Below are positions 1-8,410 of a DNA stretch of 10,573 nucleotides, in pieces (positions within the stretch are counted from its first letter, which is position 1; the number at the start of each line of letters is the position of its first letter). The stretch covers positions 1-10,573 of the forward strand of contig DATGZA010000096.1 of assembly GCA_035297365.1 (NCBI GenBank). The letters run 5' to 3'. This stretch comes from Nitrososphaeraceae archaeon (GTDB lineage: Archaea > Thermoproteota > Nitrososphaeria > Nitrososphaerales > Nitrososphaeraceae). A model generated the notes under the pieces. It was not told the origin of the DNA. It made no database searches and saw only the letters and a list, made by a program, of their open reading frames with translations. A program made the position numbers and the translations under genes.

Positions 1-111
1 ATCTATTGGAATACTTCTGCAAATGAATATTTTGAAGTTCTAACACAAAAAAACATATCTGTACTAACAAGCCATGTACTACCAGTACCAGACAATCAGC
101 AACAAGTATGA
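1..111 (+). CDS. 3' end of a hypothetical protein (partial)
   Basis: Frame 1 is open from the window edge: IYWNTSANEYFEVLTQKNISVLTSHVLPVPDNQQQV*, with TGA at 109-111. Confidence 0.4.
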   Translation: MYWNTSANEYFEVLTQKNISVLTSHVLPVPDNQQQV

Positions 112-167
112 CGACTACTAATACTTAACCAACTTTTTACATTAAAAAACTGAGTATTAAACCGAAA

Positions 168-399
168 ATGTCTAATTCCTTTGAGTTATTGCAAGGCTCA
201 ATAAATGAAGTTCAGAGACTGTATGAAGTATTATCTGATATTATAATAGACACAGGAGGAAAGGTACACGGTTCACAGAGGGATAAAGACGGGCTTTCTT
301 GACTTGATTGTTTACTATGAGGTTGCCGAATGTAAGAGGGAAGAAGTAAAAAGGAAGTTTGAGTTCATCAAAAATAGACCTTCTACTTTCACAGCATAA
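168..399 (+). pseudogene. Frameshifted small hypothetical protein
   Basis: ATG at 168 gives MSNSFELLQGSINEVQRLYEVLSDIIIDTGGKVHGSQRDKDGLS*. Protein-like sequence continues in another frame near 298: LDLIVYYEVAECKREEVKRKFEFIKNRPSTFTA* (TAA 397-399). Confidence 0.45.
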
Positions 400-482
400 T
401 CGTATGTAACTTTCAACTTCAATGTAATATATAGTACACTTTCAATGTTAAATACGAGAATCGTATATTACATATCATAAAA

Positions 483-665
483 ATGTACTTAGAACAAAAA
501 AATAAAATCAAAAGTTATGGTACGTTAATCATCATAGCATTGATTTTAGTGTTTGTATCGGCATTAGCAATAATATCAGTATACGATTACGTAGTTCATG
601 ATATTACAAATAATTTGAGTGAACTATGTGCAAAATATGGCTTCCTTGTTTCTCCAGGGTGTTAA
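483..665 (+). CDS. Small single-pass membrane protein
   Basis: 60 aa, basic N-terminus followed by the hydrophobic helix LIIIALILVFVSALAIISVY, with two C-terminal Cys. Confidence 0.55.
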   Translation: MYLEQKNKIKSYGTLIIIALILVFVSALAIISVYDYVVHDITNNLSELCAKYGFLVSPGC

Positions 666-749
666 CACTAGAAAAATATAATAACTAAAAATATTTATTT
701 CAAAAATGAAAAATTTATTTTCTTATCTTAACATATATCAATAACAGAA

Positions 750-926
750 TTACAATTTTAATTGATTTAGTAAATTTGATTTATAATTAATAGACTCCAC
801 GAGTTGAGCGCCGGGAGTGGGACTCGAATACCGAAAGAATACAACGAGATTTGTAAGGAATATCACTAAAATAGTAATGTTTATCGTTGTTGTGATTATC
901 GTTCTTAATCTTGTACCTCTTTTCAT
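750..926 (-). CDS. Possible signal-peptide/TM ORF running into repeat copy 1
   Basis: Hand translation, 58 aa: MKRGTRLRTIITTTINITILVIFLTNLVVFFRYSSPTPGAQLVESINYKSNLLNQLKL*. The residues YSSPTPGAQLVES are encoded by the repeat. Confidence 0.3.
   Translation of the reverse strand: MKRGTRLRTIITTTINITILVIFLTNLVVFFRYSSPTPGAQLVESINYKSNLLNQLKL
793..828 (-). repeat. tRNA-3'-end-derived att-like repeat, copy 1 (left arm plus core, ends at the T-loop)
   Basis: gactccacgagttgagcgccgggagtgggactcgaa. Minus strand TTCGAGT-CCCAC-TCCCGGC-G matches T-loop, T-stem 3' strand, acceptor 3' strand and discriminator. 33/36 identical to 7819-7854. Confidence 0.85.
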
Positions 927-1039
927 TGTGAGGGAACCAATATAGTAGAACGGAGGGTTATGTCTAATGAGCGTCCATCATCACGATGTGACATCTCATT
1001 AATCGGACATAACAACCTCAATATATTATGCATATTATC

Positions 1040-1071
1040 GCTTAATACGATTTTAGCTTAATACGATTTTA
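1040..1071. repeat. Perfect 16-bp tandem duplication
   Basis: gcttaatacgatttta at 1040-1055 and 1056-1071. Confidence 0.9.
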
Positions 1072-1202
1072 TAGGAAGGATCAAATCAATCAAGAGAAAA
1101 TATCTTCTGCTGCTCAGGTTATTGCTGGTAATAGTACTAATATCGCTATAATGATAAATTAGTTATTTGATTTAGATCGGTAAAAAAAAGGAGATTTTTG
1201 TC

Positions 1203-1460
1203 TTATCCTCCACAATCTGGGTCTTGTAAATCTATCAATGTGTCACGGTCATTGTCTATTCCATCCTGAGAGAAAAAACCAGATTCAATGATTGGAGGGT
1301 CAATTACTCCCGAATCTATTAGAAATTCTAATATTGCACCGACTTGTTGTAGGGTTATGTCTGGTATATTTTCGATAACCTTTATTACCTGAGTAGTTTC
1401 TTGTTCACTGTTTGGTGTATCAATTACAGTAGCAATATTGTTAGAGTAATTATAGGTTAA
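1203..1460 (-). pseudogene. 5'-truncated remnant of a protein ending in a DGIDND-type acidic metal/Ca-binding motif
   Basis: Open frame with no ATG: ...NIPDITLQQVGAILEFLIDSGVIDPPIIESGFFSQDGIDNDRDTLIDLQDPDCGG*. Resembles C-x-DGxDNDxDGLIDxxDPDC with the first Cys replaced by Ser. A T-tract follows on the minus strand (about 1182-1189). Confidence 0.6.
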
Positions 1461-1500
1461 TTAAACATTGATTAAAATAAAAAATAAAAAAGTTTGAATT

Positions 1501-1944
1501 TTAGAACATTACAATATGACCTGACTCATTACTTAATGTTATTCCTGGATAGTCTATTACGGATCCATTTGGTACAGGAGTAAGAAATTCGTCTGAGGCA
1601 TCAAATACCTCTACATTTGCAGTAGTAATTGTCCATCGTGAATCTGTAGTTGATTCCCTGCGAAGATATATTTTGTGCCTATTTACTTTCTCGATTGGGC
1701 CACCTCCGGACATATGTTGTCCACTTCTTGGGTCATTTAATTCCGGATCTTCAACATTGCTATTACTTCCAAATCTTAACTCTTGTTTTTTATTTTTTTC
1801 ATGAAAAGGATTTTCAGCATGATCACCTTGTCTTCTACACCTAAATTCCCGACCTCCAATGCCAAGAAATACGCGCTCATTACTATCTATCTCTTCATCT
1901 CCTGTTGTTACGGTAAGAATTATGTGATCTACTAATGCTACCAT
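1501..1944 (-). CDS. Hypothetical protein, PLAT/LH2-like beta-sandwich
   Basis: 147 aa. The pattern 'LTVTTGD...VFLGIGGREF...IYLR...W.I..ANVEV' recalls PLAT-like domains. AT-rich TATA-like region upstream and minus-strand T-tracts downstream. Confidence 0.65.
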   Translation of the reverse strand: MVALVDHIILTVTTGDEEIDSNERVFLGIGGREFRCRRQGDHAENPFHEKNKKQELRFGSNSNVEDPELNDPRSGQHMSGGGPIEKVNRHKIYLRRESTTDSRWTITTANVEVFDASDEFLTPVPNGSVIDYPGITLSNESGHIVMF

Positions 1945-2328
1945 TATTATTATATATTATTATAAGGTTTTTAAATATGATCTTTTAGATCTAGACTAAA
2001 CTTTTAAACTATATAACATGAAATTTTTTAACCCAGAAGATAAAAAACAACTGGATAATAGTAAAAATAATAATTCCAATTCTAATTTTAATTCTTTAGA
2101 TTAAAATGCTATCTTGAATCTACTAGAATATGATTCTGTTATATCTTTTGATGATCTAATTCGAAGTTAAATATAAACAAGCCACAGATTATAATTGATA
2201 CTCTTACAAAATTAATTGAAGATGAAATTATACTAGTAAAACAGAAGACGATAGGTTGTATTTTAGTCTTAAATATAAATAGAAAAATTCTATTTTAGAG
2301 ATACATTGAACATAAAATACTATTTTTC

Positions 2329-2497
2329 TCATTTAATTATTTTGAATTCATCAAACACTTCGCCGTTATTGGAATAGTATTTACCTATTAACGTATTTCC
2401 GTTATCATCTACATCGACATTTAAAAATCTAACTAGAATCTTGCTGGTATGCAACATAAGGTTCTTGATTGGTAAAAGGATCAAAATCAACCAGAGA
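2329..2497 (-). pseudogene. Frameshifted C-terminal remnant, probably of a calcineurin-like metallophosphoesterase
   Basis: SLVDFDPFTNQEPYVAYQQDSS, then a frame change to FLNVDVDDNGNTLIGKYYSNNGEVFDEFKIIK* (TGA 2329-2331). Resembles the 'GFL.VDV...L.G.FY..DG...D.F.I.K' C-terminus of purple-acid-phosphatase-like enzymes. Assigned by recall, not by search. Confidence 0.5.
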
Positions 2498-2735
2498 CCC
2501 CATATGGTAGTATTTTGATTTTAAAGTTTTTATTAATTTTTGTTGTGAAAGAAAGTATACTCATGTTATCTAGATTTGTCTATAAATACTCTATATAAAA
2601 TTTTTAATATTTAATAATCTCATATAATAATAGTATATTTTTTAGTATATTGTTAGATAAAAATATTCTATTTATAAAATTTATTTTAGTAGCATTTAGA
2701 CTTATTTTGTGAAACTTTAATATGTTCTTAAATAA

Positions 2736-2815
2736 TCCACAAATTGAGCACCGGGAGTGGCACTCGAACCTTCGTTCATCAGATGTGGATTCTACTTTCG
2801 AATATTAAAATATTC
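2736..2815 (-). repeat. tRNA-3'-end-derived att-like repeat, copy 2 (both arms, two core substitutions)
   Basis: tccacaaattgagcaccgggagtggcactcgaaccttcgttcatcagatgtggattctactttcgaatattaaaatattc. Confidence 0.85.
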
Positions 2816-3171
2816 GTTTAATTAAAAGATTATAGTTAGATATACCCAATCATACACCTTTTCATTAGTATAATTTTTTATTTTATCCGAGTCTTTTATC
2901 GAAGAGTTACATCATTTTTGCAATCTCGATAGTATTCATAATGTTATATTTTAGTTATTAGTCTTTAGTCCCCGAAATAACGATAAAAATACGTATTATT
3001 ATTTAATAATATTAATTATTCTTGTTAGTAAAAGTAGTCATCTATATATCATCTTATTATTAACATTATTAATAATTGATTCCTACAAAATATATCAGAA
3101 TTTATGTAAAATCATCTAAATAAACTATAATAAGATTAAATAATGTATGTATAAAAGTCATTATTATCACT

Positions 3172-4401
3172 TTGTCTCCAATAACTCAAATTCAAGACAA
3201 AAGTCATATTTTAGGAATCTATTCTTCACCACAGAGAAAAATAGAAGATGGTTTAGAATATCTTAGAATTGGATTTGAGGAAAATAATGAAGCAATATTA
3301 ATGATTACTAATGAACTAACTAAAAATGAAGTTAGAAATGAAATAATGAAAAGTTGGAAGATCTCTCCCAATAAATTGGTAGACCTAGAAAAAAATTCCA
3401 TTATAAATATCAAAAGTTCTACAGAAGTCTATTTTTCCACTAATAGAATAGATCGTGACAAGATTGGCAAACAGTTTTCTGATCTAGCAAATAAAGCAAT
3501 AGAGAAACGAAAAAGAGGTCTAAGGGCATTTGGAGATGTAAAAATCTTTTTTGAAAGAGGATATGAAAAATATATTATTGAATTTGAAAAATCATTTCCA
3601 CCTTCATTTGATTTTCCAATGACATCTATTTGTGCTTATGATTTAGATGATTTTGAAAAATTAGATCATCGATCTAGAAAAATACTTTTTGAACATCACA
3701 ACCTACATCTTACAAATAATCTATTTCGAAATATATTTGATGATTCATTTTCTCTTAGTCTGACTGAACATATTTGTATGTATTATGAGAACGAATTACA
3801 ATCTTCTTCTTTTTCTGATTCTTTTGTAACTAGTCTATCACGATATCTTGGTGAAGGATTACTACATAATCAATTATGTATTTATCTTTCTATGCATAAT
3901 ACGAAAAAAGATCATCCAAAAACAATACTATCACAACTTACTAATCTAAAAAAGTCTCCAATAAAAAAAAAGTTTATGGTAATTAAAAATAGTGATGATT
4001 ATTACATCAATGCAGTACGTAACAATCTAAAATCATTTGAAGATTTAAAAAAAGAAATTTTTGAGAAAGCAATACTAGGCAATAAAAAAGATATTAGAAT
4101 AGTATGTGATATTCCAAATTTTCTCTTTAGATATAAACATTTTGATCAGTGTATTGCTCTAGAAGAATGGTGGGATCAAACAATAGAAGAATTGAATAAA
4201 AATTATGGATTAAATGTATCGTTATTATGTCTATATGATAGTAATAATTTTAAAAATATTCCTTTTAAATATCATAGATATAGAATAAATGATATTCATA
4301 GTATTGTTTGTGATTCGGAGGGAATGGTACACTCAAAATATTCAAAATTTGATTCACTAACAGATAAGAGGAAAAGTGAGAAAGAAGGAGAAGGAAGATA
4401 A
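3172..4401 (+). CDS. Tandem MEDS-domain protein (2 x MEDS)
   Basis: 409 aa, TTG start. Domain 1: HILGIYSS...YLRIGFEENNE...GLRAFGD...EFE...SICAYD...LFEHH. Domain 2: EHICMYYE...YLGEGL...IRIVCD...LEEWW...LLCLYD...IHSIV. Confidence 0.85.
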   Translation: MSPITQIQDKSHILGIYSSPQRKIEDGLEYLRIGFEENNEAILMITNELTKNEVRNEIMKSWKISPNKLVDLEKNSIINIKSSTEVYFSTNRIDRDKIGKQFSDLANKAIEKRKRGLRAFGDVKIFFERGYEKYIIEFEKSFPPSFDFPMTSICAYDLDDFEKLDHRSRKILFEHHNLHLTNNLFRNIFDDSFSLSLTEHICMYYENELQSSSFSDSFVTSLSRYLGEGLLHNQLCIYLSMHNTKKDHPKTILSQLTNLKKSPIKKKFMVIKNSDDYYINAVRNNLKSFEDLKKEIFEKAILGNKKDIRIVCDIPNFLFRYKHFDQCIALEEWWDQTIEELNKNYGLNVSLLCLYDSNNFKNIPFKYHRYRINDIHSIVCDSEGMVHSKYSKFDSLTDKRKSEKEGEGR

Positions 4402-5409
4402 ATGTTAGAGGATATCGGAAATCATAATAATAATTATATTTCAAATAATAATAAGAAAAAAACAGTACTACTTGTTACGGGTAATATTCAATATTATCAA
4501 CAACAATTTAATAATTACAATATCAATAAGTACAAAATAACATTCCTCAATTGGAATGACATTTTGTCTTTTATTACAAATTTTGATGATACTAAACGTA
4601 AAAACCTTGAATTAATTATTTTAGATATTTCTACAGAAGCAAAAAATGCAAAGACCAATCAAATATCTACGAGCACTATCGGAGAAATCAAAAAAATATT
4701 TTATGATACAAGAATATTTTTTATATTACCATTTGAATCTATGATAGACAATTTACTATCTATAGGAATATGTAAACAAGAAGATATTCGTCTTCAACCA
4801 TTTTCAGTGTTTGATATAATAGATTTAATTTCCATCACAAAGAAAAATGAAAGGCTTGATCGACTACAATTAAAAGATCATTGTATGTATATATATTCTT
4901 CTGTTGACGATAAGGTCAAGGATGCAATTAAATTTCTAAAAATAGGAATAGAAAATAATGAAATGACTCTACTACTATTAAGCAAAGAGATTGAACCTTC
5001 TTATCTACTATGTCAAATTGCATTGCATGATATTGATATCAGTAAATTACAGAATAATGGATTATTGAAGATTGCCAATACTGAAGAATATTATTTATCC
5101 TTTAATCAAAAATACAATAAAATTAACACAGTAACAGTAGATAATAAAAAAGTACATAGCAACTTCTTAAATTTAGCAGATCAAGTTAACAAGAGAGAAG
5201 GAATTAATGGATTGCGAATATTTGCTATGCTTGATTGTTTCTTTGAACATGGTTTAGTTGATGAATTAGTTGATTATGAATGTGAAACTCCATTTAAATT
5301 TAGTAAACCAATTCTTGGAATATGTGCTTATAATGATAAGCATATAGCACAATTATCAGAAGATCAAATCAGAAAACTAGTATTAACTCATAGTAGTGTT
5401 TGGATATAA
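4402..5409 (+). CDS. Degenerate receiver-like domain plus MEDS domain protein
   Basis: 335 aa. N-terminal VLLV...LIILDI...IFFI...QPFS follows the REC pattern but lacks the acidic pair and the Lys. C-terminal DHCMYIYS...FLKIGIENNE...GLRIFA...LVDYE...GICAY...LVLTHSSV is MEDS. Purine-rich AAGGAGAAGG just upstream. Confidence 0.8.
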   Translation: MLEDIGNHNNNYISNNNKKKTVLLVTGNIQYYQQQFNNYNINKYKITFLNWNDILSFITNFDDTKRKNLELIILDISTEAKNAKTNQISTSTIGEIKKIFYDTRIFFILPFESMIDNLLSIGICKQEDIRLQPFSVFDIIDLISITKKNERLDRLQLKDHCMYIYSSVDDKVKDAIKFLKIGIENNEMTLLLLSKEIEPSYLLCQIALHDIDISKLQNNGLLKIANTEEYYLSFNQKYNKINTVTVDNKKVHSNFLNLADQVNKREGINGLRIFAMLDCFFEHGLVDELVDYECETPFKFSKPILGICAYNDKHIAQLSEDQIRKLVLTHSSVWI

Positions 5410-5455
5410 ATTTATTATTTCCTTCAATTTTTTATAATTATATTCTATTTATTAA

Positions 5456-5878
5456 TCACAATACCATCAATCGTTCTTTTTTATCATCTTGTTGTTGGTA
5501 GTTGGATAAAAGTGAATGAACGTTACTTCGTAATTCGTTTAACCAGATTGGTTTGTATATAACAATCTTTTCTATGTCTGGATTGTTTTTCTTTAGATGT
5601 TCTATGTACTCTTTATTTGCAGCAGTAATGAATCTAAATAATAGAGCGGGATCTATATTTTTCAATTTTTTAGATAATTTCATTCCATTCATTTTAGGCA
5701 TTTTCAAATCGAGTAAAGCAAGATTATATACATTTTTTCTAAAACAGTACAAAGCATCAATAGGATCGGTAAAAGCATCAACTTTATATCCATCATATTC
5801 TAAAAATGTTTTAAATAGATTAGTGAGATCTTCATCATCATCTACTATTAATATATTTTTACCTTTTGGAATAGGCAT
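5456..5878 (-). CDS. Stand-alone response regulator receiver (CheY-like)
   Basis: ILIVDDD, phosphoacceptor in LLDLKMPKMNG, FITA and YKP all present; no output domain. Confidence 0.93.
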   Translation of the reverse strand: MPIPKGKNILIVDDDEDLTNLFKTFLEYDGYKVDAFTDPIDALYCFRKNVYNLALLDLKMPKMNGMKLSKKLKNIDPALLFRFITAANKEYIEHLKKNNPDIEKIVIYKPIWLNELRSNVHSLLSNYQQQDDKKERLMVL

Positions 5879-5888
5879 TTTTACATGC

Positions 5889-5920
5889 TCACCTTGTTAA
5901 ACAACAATGTTCTTTATAAA
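5889..5920 (-). promoter_or_regulatory. Putative TATA box and Shine-Dalgarno for the receiver gene
   Basis: TTTATAAA at 5913-5920, and minus-strand GGTGA (5889-5893) 10 nt before the ATG at 5878. Confidence 0.45.
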
Positions 5921-6136
5921 GATGAGAGGAAATTATTAACAATTTAATTTAACAGATTAACATTTGTCTCGATAGATGTAAGATTATAATATTTTCGAGA
6001 ATAATTTTGAATATTCCAGATATATTGACATTCTTCACAATTCAGAAGTTTTTCTATTTCCTAATAATGGAATGCAATTATCCATATTTTGCTGTTAGAA
6101 GGAGTCATTATAAAAAAACGTGTACAACGTCTTTTT

Positions 6137-6766
6137 TCAATACTCTTTGTATCTAAAGCACTTTATCTCATGATCGTTTACCCTGCCGACTGCCTGCATA
6201 AAGGTATAGCAGATGGTGAAGCCGACAAAATTGAAACCGTGTTTAAGCAAGTCTTTGCTCATTGAATCAGACTTCTTAGTGTTGGTTGGAATATCTTTAA
6301 TTGTTTTGATTTTGTGATTGATCGGCATGCCGTCTACAAACTGCCAGATATAGACATCGAAAGTACCGCATTCTTTTTGAATTTTCAAAAATGCTTTGGG
6401 ATTCTAGATGGTAGATGCAATCTTCCAGCGATTACGAATAATCCCTGGATCACTAAGGAGTCGATTTACGTCTTCCTTCCCATAACAAACAATTTTGTCC
6501 GCATGGAAGCCATCAAATGCCCTACGGTAGTTTTCACGTTTGTTTAAAACGGTTTGCCATGTAAGACCTGCCTGGGTACCATCAAGAATTAGGAATTCAA
6601 AGAGCGTGCGATCGTCATGCACTGGTATACCCCACTCCTTGTCATGATACTCAATCGTGAGAGGATTATTAAATCCTGTCCAACTACACCGTCTTTTGTT
6701 GTACATTACATTTTCATTGGAGAAGATATAGTTACTTCTAGATATGGCATTCGACGATTTATCCAT
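6137..6766 (-). pseudogene. tag: DNA-3-methyladenine glycosylase I with an in-frame TAG
   Basis: ORFs 6404-6766 and 6137-6388 share one frame (630 nt), split by TAG at 6404-6406. Motifs: RCSW, YHDKEWGIPVHDDRTLFEFL, QAGLTW, IIRNR, GFNFVG, FMQAVGxVNDHxxxCF. Confidence 0.92.
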
Positions 6767-7191
6767 CTGCTTTAAAATAATATATCAATGATATTAAATA
6801 TTATGTAACCCACAGATGTTACATTAAAGCTAACCTTCTTGAAATGTTTCAACTGATGAAGATGGGAAGTTTTGATAGGAACAAGAATAAGCATATTTAT
6901 CCTCATTCTACGTTTTAGTAAAAACTATATTCAGGGTACCCGACACTTACCAGGAGTAATTGAAATAGATGCATTAGACTCTTTTAAAATGCTAAGTAGA
7001 CGTATTGGGAGAATAGAGAAATCTAATATTTCATTTCCTACATAGAAGTAAATGCATTGCTTTATAAAATGTATTTATTCTTCGGTAAAGTTTCTTTTTG
7101 GAAATAAATAAGTTATTCATACTTATAGTATTTTTTGATCTTTCTTAAATCTTGTTACTATGTAGATATTCCAAATGATAAATTATTAAAA

Positions 7192-7608
7192 TCAAATTTG
7201 TACAAGTGGCGGTGGAAAATAATTTGATAGAGATGAGCCATGATGATGAATTATTAACCATCTTTTCTGACTCCTATTATATTCAAATATATTAGTCGCA
7301 ACTACACCTGATTGAATTTTCACTTCATTTCGAAACATTTCTATATTCTCTAAGCACGTTATTACAGCAATACCCTCCTGATATATTCTGGTCTTTGAGT
7401 TATTAATTGTAAATTTAATATTTTCTGTATTGGCAAATATTGTCACCCAACTTTCACGAATTGCCATCCAGCCAACAAACATCTCCCAACCAGGATGTAT
7501 ACATACACAATTATCATTATGATTCCATATACTTTCCATCATAGTGATTGAGAGATTCTCGAATGCCTCGTAAAATTTGGTATTGGCATTTTCTATATCC
7601 TTTCGCAT
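7192..7608 (-). CDS. SnoaL-like / NTF2-fold protein
   Basis: ANTKFYEAFE...MESIW...CIHPGW...GWMAIRESW...ATNIFE...WLIIHHHGS is typical of SnoaL_3-type proteins. Confidence 0.9.
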   Translation of the reverse strand: MRKDIENANTKFYEAFENLSITMMESIWNHNDNCVCIHPGWEMFVGWMAIRESWVTIFANTENIKFTINNSKTRIYQEGIAVITCLENIEMFRNEVKIQSGVVATNIFEYNRSQKRWLIIHHHGSSLSNYFPPPLVQI

Positions 7609-7818
7609 ACTAATGACTAAATTTACATTTCCACTATCATATTAATATATTAAAAAAAGTTTCTTTTACTATATTATCATTTTTTTGTTGAGGACATATG
7701 ACTATATAAATAATTCAATGATGTTAAGATTAATATTTTTGACTATATGCTCTTCATGTCATTATATAGAAAATTGGTTTCGCCTATAGAAACAAATCTT
7801 GAATATTAGCAAAAATAT

Positions 7819-7900
7819 GACTCCACTAGTGAAGCGCCGGGAGTGGGACTCGAACCCTTATTCATCAAATGTGGGTTCTAACATTAGCTATTAAAATATT
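7819..7900 (-). repeat. tRNA-3'-end-derived att-like repeat, copy 3 (best preserved)
   Basis: gactccactagtgaagcgccgggagtgggactcgaacccttattcatcaaatgtgggttctaacattagctattaaaatatt. Minus-strand core GGGTTCGAGTCCCACTCCCGGCG at 7835-7857. Confidence 0.88.
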
Positions 7901-7903
7901 TAG

Positions 7904-7926
7904 TTAAATTAAATTAAATTAAATTA
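7904..7926. repeat. (TTAAA)n microsatellite beside repeat copy 3
   Basis: ttaaa x4 plus tta. Confidence 0.7.
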
Positions 7927-8410
7927 TTAGTTATGACGTATTTTGTGTTTTGACTCTTCATATGATCCTCTTATTGTGATCTATGTTTTATTATTTATAA
8001 AAACAATCTTATATTACAAAAAATAATTTAAACTTTCAAAACGAGTGGTTTAGAAACTTATTTCTGATGAAGTGAATTTATATACTCATTTCTAAATGTA
8101 ATTTTTAACCTAAAAATGAATAACATTTTTAAACACTTAAGTAACATGATTTGGAAAAATAAGAGAGAAAATGAAGAATTAAAAGACAAGGGAAAAAGAC
8201 CGAGATTTATGATGATCAAACCTTGGAAAATATTAAAAAATATTATAATATAGAAGATCATGAAGATTATTAAAATTTATCAAGTTAAATCGGTTAGTTA
8301 TTAACCTTGATGATTATTATGATGAAGATAATGATATTATTATAAATGAATCAATCTAAACAATAATGTTAACTTTATTTTTCAGTTGCTAATAACAGAT
8401 AATATTTTAT

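Noticed and set aside
1650-1844. 64-aa plus-strand ORF
   Set aside because: Antisense shadow of 1501-1944.
3219-3413. 64-aa minus-strand ORF
   Set aside because: Antisense shadow of the MEDS gene.
5553-5900. 115-aa plus-strand ORF
   Set aside because: Antisense shadow of the receiver gene.
6404-6406. Pyrrolysine/amber readthrough in tag
   Set aside because: Other conserved positions also look degraded, no pyl genes are present here, and TAG is one substitution from CAG or AAG.
6314-6547. 77-aa plus-strand ORF
   Set aside because: Antisense shadow of tag.
6810-7050. Possible gene remnant between tag and the SnoaL gene
   Set aside because: Only short open stretches (for example KNYIQGTRHLPGVIEIDALDSF) with no recognisable family.
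7835-7910. Intact tRNA gene at any repeat copy
   Set aside because: No D-arm, anticodon arm or 5' acceptor strand (GCCGGGA on the minus strand) lies upstream; at most 23 nt are tRNA-like.
8058-8261. 67-aa hydrophobic minus-strand ORF
   Set aside because: The F/I/L bias follows from the A-rich plus strand. That strand may hold a stop-riddled remnant, but neither reading is supportable.
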